This document shows positions 53,678 through 63,694 of a DNA stretch of 64,000 nucleotides, one piece after another (position 1 is the stretch's first letter; each line of letters opens with the position of its first letter). The notes below the pieces were generated by a model. It saw only the letters and a program-made list of their open reading frames with translations. It had not been told where the DNA came from and searched no databases. Position numbers and translations under genes: made by a program. The stretch is taken from NCBI GenBank assembly GCA_051749205.1, contig JBNJII010000002.1, positions 30,654-94,653 on the forward strand, given 5' to 3'. Origin of the DNA: Thermodesulfobacteriota bacterium (GTDB lineage: Bacteria; Desulfobacterota; Desulfovibrionia; Desulfovibrionales; Desulfothermaceae).

Positions 53678-53709
53678 AGATTGCTTCTTCGAAGACTTCT
53701 GGCAATGAC
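53678..53709 (-). repeat. 32-nt dispersed intergenic module (inverted copy of 28087..28118)
   Basis: The reverse complement is GTCATTGCCAGAAGTCTTCGAAGAAGCAATCT. Its GGCAATGAC end also starts a 10-bp hairpin, AATGACGGGT (53704-53713) with ACCCGTCATT (53745-53754). Confidence 0.8.
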
Positions 53710-53854
53710 GGGTAGGGTCCCAGAGCTACGGGATATCACTTGAACCCGTCATTATCGAGCATAGCGAAGCAACCTTCCATAACTGATATCAACGAATCTG
53801 ACCGCAAGCGGCGGCACAAACTGAGCGATAGGATCTGAGCACACCCATAGCTTG

Positions 53855-54907
53855 TCACCTAAAGCTCACCCCTACTTTTTTCGCTTCTTCTGAAGCAGAA
53901 AATACCCGGCCGATCACCGCAGCCAAGTCCCCCTGTTCACGAAGTTCATCCCGGACCTTATCCAGCTTTGACTCCGCAACAGCCAGGAGAAGTCCACCAG
54001 ACGTCTGAGGATCGAACATAATATCCTCAAGAATGGGGTCGCTTTCTCCATTGACTGACAAGAACTCCTGACAATGAGCTTTGTTCGCATGGGCTCCGGC
54101 CGGAACAAGGCCCACCGCGGCCAGATCACGACTATAATCTAGAAGTGGAACTTCATGTATCCAAATCTGTATATGCACGTCCGAGGCCTTGGCCATTTCC
54201 AAAGCATGTCCTCCAAGCCCAAACCCGGTGACATCTGTTGCCCCCCTGAGATTATGATTACGGATAACCTGTGCACCGACCGCATTAAGTCGACCAGCCC
54301 ACGTAGCAAGCAGCTGTTCGAATTCTTGGGCATGAGGCCATCTCGCCTTAATTCCGGTAGCCAATATGCCGGTCCCTATAGGTTTGGTCAGGACTAAGAG
54401 ATCACCAGCCTGGGCGCCTGTATTCACCGCAACCTGCTCAGGATGCACCTCTCCGGTGACCGCCAAACCAAACTTAAGTTCCGGATCCTGGACAGTGTGA
54501 CCTCCAGCCATTACGGCTCCTGCTGCACGCACAGTTTCCCGTCCACCCTGCAATACTTGGGTTAAAACCTCCAGGGAAAGGCAATCCCTCGGAAAACACA
54601 TGATATTCATAGCCGAAAAAGGCTGTGCGCCCATTGCGTAAATATCAGACAATGAGTTGGCAGCAGCAATAGACCCGAATATATAGGGGTCGTTGACCAT
54701 GGGGGTCAGGATATCCACAGTTTGGACCATGGCCCGATTTTCAGGAAAGCGAAGAACTGCTGCATCTTCGCATCCCTTGCCGGAGACTAAGATACGTTCG
54801 TCTCTCTCCCAGACAATCTCTGCAAGTGCCGACTCCAGGTCCCCTGGAGAAAGTTTTGCTGCTCACCCAGAGGCTTTGACAGTATCCACGAGATGCACGT
54901 CTTTCAT
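53855..54907 (-). CDS. selD: selenide, water dikinase (selenophosphate synthetase), selenocysteine-containing (TGA at 54865-54863 read as Sec)
   Basis: The ORF track starts at an internal Met (54730). The same frame upstream reads MKDVHLVDTVKASG-TGA-AAKLSPGDLESAL...DAAVLRF..., matching the SelD glycine-rich N-terminal loop with Sec at the catalytic Cys position. A SECIS-like hairpin follows the TGA. Confidence 0.9.
54833..54849 (-). promoter_or_regulatory. SECIS-like hairpin downstream of the selD UGA
   Basis: The minus strand reads CTCCAGG-GGA-CCTGGAG. It is a perfect 7-bp stem starting 13 nt after the TGA, which puts a G-rich apical loop about 21-23 nt downstream. Confidence 0.7.
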
Positions 54908-55827
54908 CACCTGTCCCTTCTTGATTTTGGATGTGTACAATGGCCATCAATCCCCATGTAGCTGAGAAAGGCCTTGGTGGCGGGATATTGCTCTCTCTGG
55001 GAATTAACAATTGCGTAAAATCGCCGATGCAACGGGGTTACCTGATCAGGCAGCTGCGTAATTTCCTTTCTTTGTAATGGATTTTCAGCTGCCAAAGAGG
55101 AAACCATACTTACCCCCAAACCAGATCTGATACAGGCCAAAACAGCTTGGGTGGTGCTCACACAGGCCATAATATTGAGATCTTCCCAGGGAATTTGCAT
55201 GTTTTCAAAGGATTCAGCCATAGCCTTTCTTGTCCCTGAGCCGCTTTCACGAACGATCCATGGCCAGTCCTGTAATGGTTGATTGTTGACCATAGAAAGT
55301 ATTTTCTTATTGTCGAAACCGGCCACAAGAACGAGTTCATCCCGAGCCACTTCATAATATGTAAGACCAAAACTTTCCTCTCGAGCTCCTACCACTCCGA
55401 TTTCAACATCTCCTGATAGAACAGCCTCAATAATACTTGTCGAGTCGCCAACTTCCAGACGCATTTGCACTTGAGGATGTTTAACATAAAATTGTCCCAT
55501 GATCCTGGGTAATATATAATGAGCAGGGATGGTACTCCCCCCAAGAAACAAGCGTCCTGCAATGCAGTTGTTGAGCATGGATATCTCAGCTTCTGCCTTA
55601 CGCCTGGCATTCATCATGACCTGAGCATGTGTGTACAAGGTATGCCCTGCTTGTGTGGGCAAGATCCTCCGAGTTAAACGGTCAAAAAGTGCACACCCCA
55701 ACTCCTTCTCCAAGCTGGCTATATGCGAGCTGATTGTCGGCTGCGACATATGAAGGATCTCACCAGCCCTGGAAAAACTCCCCTGTTCAAAGACAGCACA
55801 AAAGGTCCCCAGTCGACGCATATCCAT
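54907..55827 (-). CDS. LysR family transcriptional regulator
   Basis: Start at MDMRRLGTFCAVFEQGSFSRAGEILHMSQPTISSHIASLEKELG (wHTH). The stop TGA shares one base with the selD ATG. Confidence 0.9.
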   Translation of the reverse strand: MDMRRLGTFCAVFEQGSFSRAGEILHMSQPTISSHIASLEKELGCALFDRLTRRILPTQAGHTLYTHAQVMMNARRKAEAEISMLNNCIAGRLFLGGSTIPAHYILPRIMGQFYVKHPQVQMRLEVGDSTSIIEAVLSGDVEIGVVGAREESFGLTYYEVARDELVLVAGFDNKKILSMVNNQPLQDWPWIVRESGSGTRKAMAESFENMQIPWEDLNIMACVSTTQAVLACIRSGLGVSMVSSLAAENPLQRKEITQLPDQVTPLHRRFYAIVNSQREQYPATKAFLSYMGIDGHCTHPKSRRDR

Positions 55828-55868
55828 AATAATAATACAACTTATTACAATATTAAATCTATGCACGC

Positions 55869-55914
55869 AAAAAAAAGCAGTCCCTGCCTCTATGAGCCAC
55901 GAACTGCTTTTTTC
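55869..55914 (-). terminator. possible terminator after rplQ
   Basis: On the minus strand, AAAAAGCAGT...(21-nt loop)...ACTGCTTTTT is followed by a T run. The GC core is only 5 bp, so this is a weak call. Confidence 0.4.
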
Positions 55915-55994
55915 TGCATGCTATCAACATATATCTTGTTGACGATGAAATAGAGCCTTCGATCGACTTATGCTCCATAGACATTTCATAACAA

Positions 55995-56357
55995 CTATGT
56001 TGTCTTGCTAAATTCAATAATGGCCATAGACGCGGCATCGCCTTTCCGAGGCTGTGTAGCTTTGATAATGCGTGTATATCCACCCGGAGTCTCGGTAAAC
56101 CTTGGAGCAATATCAGTAAATAATTTGTGTACCAGGGATCTGTTTTCAAGTACTCGGTACGCCTTCCTCCGGGCATGGACACTGTCTTCAAGTCCCATGC
56201 TCACCAGCCTATCCGCTACTTTCCGCAACTCCTTGGCCTTGGCTTCTGTGGTTTGAATACGTTCGTACTCGACTAATGAACGGGCCATATTCTTGAACAT
56301 TGCCTTGCGGTGTTCCCATGTCCTTCCCAGCTTGCGTCCTGCCTTCTTATGCCTCAT
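55995..56357 (-). CDS. rplQ: 50S ribosomal protein L17
   Basis: [21 protein letters not shown]-terminus. Confidence 0.96.
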   Translation of the reverse strand: MRHKKAGRKLGRTWEHRKAMFKNMARSLVEYERIQTTEAKAKELRKVADRLVSMGLEDSVHARRKAYRVLENRSLVHKLFTDIAPRFTETPGGYTRIIKATQPRKGDAASMAIIEFSKTT

Positions 56358-57387
56358 GGTCATCTTTCCTATTCAGCCATTGTTGATACTTGTGCTCAAA
56401 ATTATCGACCTTCATTCCCAAGTCAAGACCCATATCATTGAGAACCTTGATAATATCGTCAAGGGACTTACGCCCGAAATTTTTGGCTTTGAGCAATTCA
56501 TTCTCAGTCTTCTGAACTAACTCCCCAACAGTGTATATATTGGCCTTTTTGAGACAGTTACTGGCTCGTACTGGAAGTTCCAAGTCATCAATGCTTCGAA
56601 AGAGCACTTCATCAATCTCTTCGGATGAGTGTTGCGGTTCCCTTCTATGTGTGGATTCTTCATCGAAATTGACAAATACACTGAGTTGATCCTTCAATAT
56701 CTTCGCACTATATGCTAAACTGTCCTCTGGAGTGATGGAGCCATCAGTCCATACTTCCATCACCAGCTTGTCATAGTTTGTCATCTGTCCAACCCGAGCC
56801 TGTTCTACCCTGTAGGCTACCTTTTGTACTGGAGAAAAGCTCGCATCGAGAATAATGACCCCAATCTGATCACTGAAATTTTCTTGCTGTTCAGCTGGGA
56901 GATAAGACTTGCCCATATGGACATCCAACTCCATGCGCAGTGGCCTCTTTTCAGAAAGTGTGGCTATTGGCTGTTCAGGATTAAGAATCGTGACATGCTG
57001 ATTTTCCTGAATATCACTGGCAGTAACCAGGCCTTCCCTGTGTACATCAAGAATAAGTTTTTGGGGTTCATCTGTATCCATGGCCAAACGGACTTGCTTA
57101 AGATTGAGTATGATGTCGGTCACATCTTCCTTAATTCCAGGTATACTGATGAACTCATGTTGCACATCATCAATGCTCACTGCTACAATGGCAGCTCCTT
57201 GCAAAGACGACAACAATACTCTTCTCAATGCATTTCCCAGTGTTGTTCCAAAGCCTCTTTCAAGAGGCTCACAAGTGAACTTCCCGTACGAATACGTGGA
57301 CTCACTATCTTGTTCTACCCTTTGCGGTTTTACAAGTTCCGTCCAATTACGGCAATTTATCATTCTTCCATCATCGTTCATTATCAT
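56347..57387 (-). CDS. rpoA: DNA-directed RNA polymerase subunit alpha
   Basis: ...[16 protein letters not shown]-terminus, [10 protein letters not shown] motif, and the C-terminal domain [22 protein letters not shown]. The start is uncertain: GTG 57396, ATG 57387 or ATG 57381. Confidence 0.95.
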   Translation of the reverse strand: MIMNDDGRMINCRNWTELVKPQRVEQDSESTYSYGKFTCEPLERGFGTTLGNALRRVLLSSLQGAAIVAVSIDDVQHEFISIPGIKEDVTDIILNLKQVRLAMDTDEPQKLILDVHREGLVTASDIQENQHVTILNPEQPIATLSEKRPLRMELDVHMGKSYLPAEQQENFSDQIGVIILDASFSPVQKVAYRVEQARVGQMTNYDKLVMEVWTDGSITPEDSLAYSAKILKDQLSVFVNFDEESTHRREPQHSSEEIDEVLFRSIDDLELPVRASNCLKKANIYTVGELVQKTENELLKAKNFGRKSLDDIIKVLNDMGLDLGMKVDNFEHKYQQWLNRKDDHEA

Positions 57388-57551
57388 ACAGTGCACCCGC
57401 TTCGTGAATCACCTTGTGAAGACTGCAAGCCGAAATCAGCTTTCTGATCTCGGCTTGCACATTTCTTTCGAGCATTTTTTCAACGTACAATGTATGTTTT
57501 TTTCTTACATCGCTTTTCGAACCTCTTTCCACGCTTCAGTGCTCGTGCAAA

Positions 57552-58178
57552 TTATTTGGAGTACAATTCAACGATGAGGTGCTCGTTGACCGGAAATGTT
57601 ATATGATCACGTTGCGGTTCTGCTTTAACTGTGGAAGTGAATTTCTCGGTATCATTTTCTAACCATTCCGGTATACCTCGACGATCAACCACTTCTTGTG
57701 CTTCAATTATGACCGGAACTTTACGGCTGCGCTCTTTAACTTGTATAACATCGCCTACCTTTACCTGCAGGGAAGGAACATCAACCTTTTGGCCATTGCG
57801 GGTAAAATGACCGTGCCGTACGAGCTGTCTAGCTTGATTTCGGGAGTTGGCGAACCCAGCTCTGTACACGATATTATCCAAGCGCAACTCTAGCATACGC
57901 AATAGGTTTTGCCCTGTAATTCCTTTCTTACGATCAGCTTCGATGAAATAGTCATGAAACTGATTTTCAAGTAAACCATACATCCTTCTGACTTTCTGCT
58001 TTTCCCGCAATTGTATCTCATAGTCAGTGGATTTTTTTCGCCGTCTCCCGTGTTGTCCCGGTGGATAAGGTCGTCGTTCGAATGGACATTTATCGGTATA
58101 GCACCTGTCGCCCTTCAAAAAGACTTTTGTCCCTTCTCGACGGCATATCCGGCACTTTGCTTCTGTATATCTGGCCAA
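57552..58178 (-). CDS. rpsD: 30S ribosomal protein S4 (Zn-finger form)
   Basis: MARYTEAKCRICRREG...CYTDKC N-terminus, 208 aa. Confidence 0.96.
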   Translation of the reverse strand: MARYTEAKCRICRREGTKVFLKGDRCYTDKCPFERRPYPPGQHGRRRKKSTDYEIQLREKQKVRRMYGLLENQFHDYFIEADRKKGITGQNLLRMLELRLDNIVYRAGFANSRNQARQLVRHGHFTRNGQKVDVPSLQVKVGDVIQVKERSRKVPVIIEAQEVVDRRGIPEWLENDTEKFTSTVKAEPQRDHITFPVNEHLIVELYSK

Positions 58179-58201
58179 GGCTATTCCTCCTCACCTGACT
58201 C

Positions 58202-58594
58202 TTAGACCCGCCGGCGCTTTGGCGGACGGCATCCATTGTGTGGAATGGGGGTTATATCTCGTATAAAGGAAACCTTAAATCCGGCATTATTAATGGCCCG
58301 CATTGCAGATTCCCGTCCTGATCCCGGACCCTTTACAAAAATGCCTACTGTTCGCATTCCATTTTCCTGGGCCTTGCGCGCGGCATTTTGTGCAGCCATT
58401 TGAGCAGCGTAGGGAGTACTTTTTTTGGATCCCTTAAATCCGGACATCCCAGACGTCGCCCAACTGACAACATTCCCTTTCATATCGGTGAATGTAATTG
58501 TTGTGTTGTTAAACGACGCTCGTATATGCGCCATTCCGGTAGGTATGTTCTTTTTTTCCTTTTTCTTCGTCGTACGACGCTTCGCTTTGGCCAT
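58202..58594 (-). CDS. rpsK: 30S ribosomal protein S11
   Basis: [18 protein letters not shown] signature. Confidence 0.96.
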   Translation of the reverse strand: MAKAKRRTTKKKEKKNIPTGMAHIRASFNNTTITFTDMKGNVVSWATSGMSGFKGSKKSTPYAAQMAAQNAARKAQENGMRTVGIFVKGPGSGRESAMRAINNAGFKVSFIRDITPIPHNGCRPPKRRRV

Positions 58595-58631
58595 TTCCTT
58601 CTCCGCTCTGCTTATTTATAACCCAAAAAGC

Positions 58632-59003
58632 TTATTTCTTCTTTTTCCCGATCATGGTTCGACGTGGACCTTTGCGAGTCCTGGAGTTCGTACTGGTTCT
58701 TTGGCCCCGTAAAGGCAAATGCCTCTTATGGCGTTCACCTCGATATGCTCCAATTTCCATGAGACGCTTTATGTTAGCGTTGGTATCCCGTCTCAGATCA
58801 CCTTCAACCTTGTACTTGGACTCCAGCTCCTGGCGTATCTGATTTACTTCCTCTGCAGTCAGGTCTTCGGTTTTCTTCGTCCAATCTACGCCCGTTGCAT
58901 CCAGAATATGCAATGCGGATGTATGACCTATGCCGTAGATGTAAGTCAGAGCGATGTCGAGCCGTTTATTCCTCGGCAGATCAACACTTGCAATCCGTGC
59001 CAC
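58632..59003 (-). CDS. rpsM: 30S ribosomal protein S13
   Basis: [27 protein letters not shown]-terminus. Confidence 0.96.
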   Translation of the reverse strand: MARIASVDLPRNKRLDIALTYIYGIGHTSALHILDATGVDWTKKTEDLTAEEVNQIRQELESKYKVEGDLRRDTNANIKRLMEIGAYRGERHKRHLPLRGQRTSTNSRTRKGPRRTMIGKKKK

Positions 59004-59020
59004 TGTATTCCCCCTTCCGC

Positions 59021-59134
59021 TTAGCCTTGTCGCTGTTTATGACGAGGATTGTCGCAAATAACTCTCAACGCTCCCCTGCGCCGTATAACCTTGCATTTTG
59101 GGCACATCTTTTTCACTGATGGTCGCACTTTCAT
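59021..59134 (-). CDS. rpmJ: 50S ribosomal protein L36 (Zn-ribbon form)
   Basis: Absent from the ORF track because it is under 60 aa. Hand translation gives [37 protein letters not shown] followed by a stop. Confidence 0.95.
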   Translation of the reverse strand: MKVRPSVKKMCPKCKVIRRRGALRVICDNPRHKQRQG

Positions 59135-59154
59135 GATCAATGCTCCTTACCTAT

Positions 59155-60465
59155 TTAAAAGCGCCCCTTGAGCTTGCTTTTTTGCATCAGACCTTCATAT
59201 TGATGAGTTATGAGATATGATTGTACCTGGGACATCGTATCAATGGCCACACCAACTACTATGAGCAAAGCGGTGCCTCCAAAATAAAAAGGCACATTCA
59301 GCTTATCAATGAGCAGCATTGGCAAAACACATATGGCTGCTACATAAAGAGACCCCCACAAAGTTATGCGAGTCAGAACTTTATCTATATATTCCTTCGT
59401 ATGTTGCCCTGGTCGGATTCCAGGAATAAAGCCGCCCTGTTTTTTTAAATTTTCGGCTATATCTTTAGGATCAAAAATTATTGCTGTATAAAAGAAACAA
59501 AAAAATATGATAAGCCCCACAAATACGAGGGCATAGACTACTGATCCTGGACGAAAAAGATTGGATATCGCCTGCAGCCACTCTACTTGCGAAAAGTTCG
59601 CTAAGGTCGCAGGAAACATGAGAATTGAAGAAGCGAAAATTGGTGGTATAACACCTGCTGTGTTTACCCGTAAGGGAAGATGAGTATTTTGCCCACCATA
59701 CATTTTTCTTCCCATTTGCCTCTTTGCATAGTGAATTGGGATACGCCGCTGTGATGTCTCCATAAAACAGGTAAAAAAGAGAACACCAGCCATGATTACA
59801 GCTATTAGAAGGGCAACAAATATTGCTAGTTCACCAGAGCTGATGAGTCTAAAAGACTTCATGATAGCTCCTGGTATGCCAGCGACAATTCCTGAAAAAA
59901 TAATCAAAGAAATGCCATTTCCAATCCCCCGGGCAGTTATCTGCTCCCCGAGCCACATTATAAATATAGTACCAGCAGATAAGGTGATCACTGTTATGAA
60001 TACGAACATAACGCCTGGATCTGGTACAACCTGTTCACCGGAGGGGCTGGTCATTTGTTGCAGGCCAATTGCTATACCTGTTCCCTGGACCAGGGTTATA
60101 AGAACTGTCAAATATCGCGTATACTGAGTGATCTTTTTTTGACCGGCTTCGCCTTCTTCCTTCTTGAGTCTGGAAAGTTCGGGGCTCACAACCGTCAACA
60201 ATTGCAAAATGATGGACGCGGATATGTACGGCATTATGCCCAAGGCGAACACAGAGAGCCTGCTCAGGCCCCCTCCCGAGAACATGTCAAAAAGTCCAAA
60301 CAAAGTGTTCTGCGCATTGGCAAAAAAATCAGCTATCGCCTGTCCATTAATTCCAGGAACCGGCACGTGTATACCCAGCCGATAGACGATGAGCAGTCCG
60401 AATGTGATCAATATCTTGTTGCGGAGCTCTTTGGATCCAGCCAGGTTGTCCATCTTGGGTATCAC
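59155..60465 (-). CDS. secY: preprotein translocase subunit SecY
   Basis: 436 aa multi-TM protein with ELRNKILITFGLLIVYRLG N-terminus and GIMPYISASII motif. Confidence 0.96.
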   Translation of the reverse strand: MIPKMDNLAGSKELRNKILITFGLLIVYRLGIHVPVPGINGQAIADFFANAQNTLFGLFDMFSGGGLSRLSVFALGIMPYISASIILQLLTVVSPELSRLKKEEGEAGQKKITQYTRYLTVLITLVQGTGIAIGLQQMTSPSGEQVVPDPGVMFVFITVITLSAGTIFIMWLGEQITARGIGNGISLIIFSGIVAGIPGAIMKSFRLISSGELAIFVALLIAVIMAGVLFFTCFMETSQRRIPIHYAKRQMGRKMYGGQNTHLPLRVNTAGVIPPIFASSILMFPATLANFSQVEWLQAISNLFRPGSVVYALVFVGLIIFFCFFYTAIIFDPKDIAENLKKQGGFIPGIRPGQHTKEYIDKVLTRITLWGSLYVAAICVLPMLLIDKLNVPFYFGGTALLIVVGVAIDTMSQVQSYLITHQYEGLMQKSKLKGRF

Positions 60466-60468
60466 TGC

Positions 60469-60909
60469 TTATCCCTCCAGGGCCACTGCTTTTCCCCCGG
60501 CAGCTTGTATCTTATTTACAGCCTGCTTGCTGAATGCATGGGCTGTTATGGTCACAGCGCGGGAGATCTCGCCCCGACCAAGAATTTTAACAGGCTTTTT
60601 TGTTGAAGATATTCCGGCTAAATCATGAATAGTAATCTCTTCCTGATCAGGAAACATCTGTAAGACGCGTTCCAGGTTGAGGACCGTGTACTCAACGCGA
60701 AATGGATTTGTAAATCCGCGTTTGGGTGTCCTTCGAACCAAGGGCATTTGTCCACCTTCAAAGCCCGGAGCTGGACCGGATCCGGCGCGGGCTCTTTGCC
60801 CTTTATGTCCCTTTCCGGCAGTACAACCAAGACCGCTTGCTGGCCCTCGACCTCTTCGTTTTTTCTCTTTCTTATCGCTTGGATGAGGGTATATTTCGTG
60901 GAGTTTCAT
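60469..60909 (-). CDS. rplO: 50S ribosomal protein L15
   Basis: RRGRGPASGLGCTAGKGHKGQRARAG signature. Confidence 0.95.
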   Translation of the reverse strand: MKLHEIYPHPSDKKEKKRRGRGPASGLGCTAGKGHKGQRARAGSGPAPGFEGGQMPLVRRTPKRGFTNPFRVEYTVLNLERVLQMFPDQEEITIHDLAGISSTKKPVKILGRGEISRAVTITAHAFSKQAVNKIQAAGGKAVALEG

Positions 60910-61076
60910 GCCTTTTGTACCTCCACTAAATGCTTTACTTTATCAACCATCCCCAAAAAATTGGGCTCTTCAGGGAGTTCTCTTACCGAGTTGAGCTTTT
61001 TTAAACCCAACGCTTGTAAGTTACGCCTTTGATTCGGAGTACATCCGATCTTACTACGAACAAGCTTTACTTTCAT
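60906..61076 (-). CDS. rpmD: 50S ribosomal protein L30
   Basis: Absent from the ORF track (56 aa). Hand translation gives [60 protein letters not shown] overlaps link it to both rpsE and rplO. Confidence 0.92.
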   Translation of the reverse strand: MKVKLVRSKIGCTPNQRRNLQALGLKKLNSVRELPEEPNFLGMVDKVKHLVEVQKA

Positions 61077-61570
61077 GACCCAACCCTCGCCAACTTTACC
61101 TGTGTCCCACGTAGGTTGCTTACTTCCTCTTCCGTACGCAATGACGTCAAGCCCTGCATTGTGGCTTTGAGTACATTGACCGGATTGTTGGTTCCCAGGG
61201 CTTTGCTGATGATATCCTGTATACCGCTCGCTTCCATGACAGCACGAACAGGACCACCAGCGATGATACCTGATCCTTTTGCCCCGGGTTTGAGCATTAC
61301 ATATCCAGCTCCAAATCGTCCAACTGTAGCATACGGGATTGTCCCGTCGACTATGGGAATGCGGACCATTTCTTTTTTTGCTTTTTCTGTGGCTTTTTGG
61401 ATAGCATCTGGCACTTGGTTCGCTTTTCCGTGACCGCAGCCTACTCGCCCTTGACCGTCTCCAACCACCACCAATGCACTGAACTTGAAGTTCCTTCCAC
61501 CCTTGACAACTTTGGCAACTCGATTGAGATGAACGACCTTTTCTATGTAATTTAATTCACTTGATTCCAT
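61073..61570 (-). CDS. rpsE: 30S ribosomal protein S5
   Basis: [27 protein letters not shown] signature. Confidence 0.96.
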   Translation of the reverse strand: MESSELNYIEKVVHLNRVAKVVKGGRNFKFSALVVVGDGQGRVGCGHGKANQVPDAIQKATEKAKKEMVRIPIVDGTIPYATVGRFGAGYVMLKPGAKGSGIIAGGPVRAVMEASGIQDIISKALGTNNPVNVLKATMQGLTSLRTEEEVSNLRGTQVKLARVGS

Positions 61571-61582
61571 GCGTTACCTCGA

Positions 61583-61933
61583 TCAGAATTTGAGTCCGCC
61601 TTCTCGTGCCCCGTCGGCTATAGACTTTATGCGTCCATGAAAATAGTAACCGCTGCGGTCAAATACCACAGTATGTATACCCTGCTCCAGTGCCTTATCA
61701 GCTACATCTTTTCCTACTTGATAGGCTCCGTCCTTGTTAATGGACCCACCTTGCGCAAGGGACAGTGTCGACGAGGCGGCAAGGGTTTTTTGCTCCCGGT
61801 CATCAATAAGCTGTACGTAAATATTCTTATTGGACCGGAATACTGCCAACCTCGGCCGTTCACCTGTACCGGAAATCTTTTTCCGTATCCTTTGCTTACG
61901 ACGTTTCCGGGCTTGGTTTCGACTGAGTTTCAT
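61583..61933 (-). CDS. rplR: 50S ribosomal protein L18
   Basis: [20 protein letters not shown] and [19 protein letters not shown] signatures. Confidence 0.96.
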   Translation of the reverse strand: MKLSRNQARKRRKQRIRKKISGTGERPRLAVFRSNKNIYVQLIDDREQKTLAASSTLSLAQGGSINKDGAYQVGKDVADKALEQGIHTVVFDRSGYYFHGRIKSIADGAREGGLKF

Positions 61934-61947
61934 TGCTTCCTCACTAT

Positions 61948-62484
61948 TTATTTCTTACCAGATTTCCCTGCCTTCCGGCGTATTTGCTCATCAATATACT
62001 TTATTCCCTTGCCTTTGTAAGGCTCTGGTGGACGAATACGTCGAATCCGGGCTGCGACTTCTCCGACCTCTTCCTTGTTGATGCCGGATATGAACAGCTT
62101 GTTTCCCTCAGTACGTGCTGTAACACCTTCGGGTAACTCATATTTTTGTGGATGTGAGTAACCTACGCTGAGTTCAACCGTACTCCCAGACACGCTTACC
62201 TTGTATCCAACGCCAACAAGCTCTAAACCTTTTTCATATCCTTTGCTGACCCCTTGAACGGCATTATTGAGCAAGGTTCTGCGCAACCCGTATTGCTCAC
62301 GGGCAATCTTGTTATTTTCTTTGCGCGTCACCGTGATTTGGTTGTCCTCAAAGCTGTATTCAATCTTTGGGTGTGTCTGTACCATCAATGTTCCCTTAGG
62401 ACCGGAAACTTCAAGCACACCGCCTTGAGATACGACGTGTACACCTTCTGGTAAGGGTACTGGTGTTTTTCCTATCCGTGACAT
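61948..62484 (-). CDS. rplF: 50S ribosomal protein L6
   Basis: [16 protein letters not shown]-terminus, 178 aa. Confidence 0.96.
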   Translation of the reverse strand: MSRIGKTPVPLPEGVHVVSQGGVLEVSGPKGTLMVQTHPKIEYSFEDNQITVTRKENNKIAREQYGLRRTLLNNAVQGVSKGYEKGLELVGVGYKVSVSGSTVELSVGYSHPQKYELPEGVTARTEGNKLFISGINKEEVGEVAARIRRIRPPEPYKGKGIKYIDEQIRRKAGKSGKK

Positions 62485-62498
62485 GTTGCGACCTCACC

Positions 62499-62882
62499 TT
62501 ACCATATTTCACACAAGATTTCGCCACCCACACGTTGATCACGGGCCTTTTGCCCGTCCAGTATACCTTTCGAGGTAGAGACTATATTTATTCCCAAGCC
62601 GTTTTGGACCAAGGGTATCTCATCAACTCCAACATACCGCCTGCAACCTGGCCTGCTCAATCTACGAAGACCACTTACTGCCGGCTTGCCCTGCACATAC
62701 TTCAATGTCAGTTCAATTTCCCTTTCACTGTCCTGATATTGTTGAATGTATCCTTGGCTGGTAAGTATTTCAGCAACTGCTATTTTCATTTTTGACTTAG
62801 GAATCCGAACTTTTCTATGCAAAGCCATCTGTGCATTGCGTATGCGCGTGAGCATATCCGCAATAGGGTCTACAACTGCCAT
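62499..62882 (-). CDS. rpsH: 30S ribosomal protein S8
   Basis: Start at MAVVDPIADMLTRIRNA, with AAGGAG 7 nt upstream. The longer ORF would overlap rpsN. Confidence 0.95.
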   Translation of the reverse strand: MAVVDPIADMLTRIRNAQMALHRKVRIPKSKMKIAVAEILTSQGYIQQYQDSEREIELTLKYVQGKPAVSGLRRLSRPGCRRYVGVDEIPLVQNGLGINIVSTSKGILDGQKARDQRVGGEILCEIW

Positions 62883-62893
62883 TATATGACTCC

Positions 62894-63079
62894 TTACCAA
62901 CTGGATTTACGTACACCTGGTAGTTCACCGGCCAAAGCCATATTCCGAAAACATATTCTGCAAATGCCAAATCTACGCAAGAATGCCCTGGGCCTTCCAC
63001 ATATTGGGCACCTGTTATATTCTCGAACCTTGAACTTGCCTTTCTTTTGAGCTTTCACCTTCAATGCTTGCCGTGCCAC
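62894..63079 (-). CDS. rpsZ: 30S ribosomal protein S14 type Z (Zn-ribbon form)
   Basis: 61 aa with [22 protein letters not shown]. Confidence 0.96.
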   Translation of the reverse strand: MARQALKVKAQKKGKFKVREYNRCPICGRPRAFLRRFGICRICFRNMALAGELPGVRKSSW

Positions 63080-63090
63080 ACCGTCCCTCC

Positions 63091-63630
63091 TTACTTGACA
63101 AAAGGCATGCCCAGCATGCGAAGAAGTGTTTTGCCTTCTTTGTCGGTTTGTGCCGAGGTAACCACGGTCACATTCATGCCTTTGACCCTGTCGACCTTAT
63201 CCATATTAATTTCGGGAAATATCGTGTGCTCACGAAGTCCTAATGTAAAATTGCCCCGTCCATCAAATCCACGATCCTGCACACCTCGAAAATCGCGTAC
63301 CCTGGGCAGTGCAAAATTGACCAGCTTGTCATAAAAATCCCACATCCGGGTTTGCCGTAATGTCACTCGGCAACCAACAGGCATGCCTTCACGGAGTTTG
63401 AATGCAGCAATGGATTTCTTGGCCCGGGTGATGACAGCCTTTTGACCGGCTATTAAAGAAAGTTCCTTGACTGCATCCTGGATAATCTTATTGTCCTGAC
63501 TTCCTTCTCCCAACCCCATATTCAATGATATGGATACCATATTCGGAATCTGCATAGGAGATGAGTAACTGAACTCTTGCTTAATTTCAGGGGATATCTT
63601 ATCTGTATACAATTTCTGTAAACGACTCAT
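63091..63630 (-). CDS. rplE: 50S ribosomal protein L5
   Basis: [21 protein letters not shown]-terminus and [20 protein letters not shown] motif. Confidence 0.96.
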   Translation of the reverse strand: MSRLQKLYTDKISPEIKQEFSYSSPMQIPNMVSISLNMGLGEGSQDNKIIQDAVKELSLIAGQKAVITRAKKSIAAFKLREGMPVGCRVTLRQTRMWDFYDKLVNFALPRVRDFRGVQDRGFDGRGNFTLGLREHTIFPEINMDKVDRVKGMNVTVVTSAQTDKEGKTLLRMLGMPFVK

Positions 63631-63694
63631 ATTTGTTCCTTCACATTGATCATGGATTCAGTCTTTGACAGTATTGACCGTCAACATGGTGTCC

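Noticed and set aside
53855-54730. ORF-track version of selD starting at Met 54730
   Set aside because: It is truncated. It lacks the glycine-rich catalytic loop, which is encoded upstream across an in-frame TGA (Sec). It is replaced by 53855..54907.
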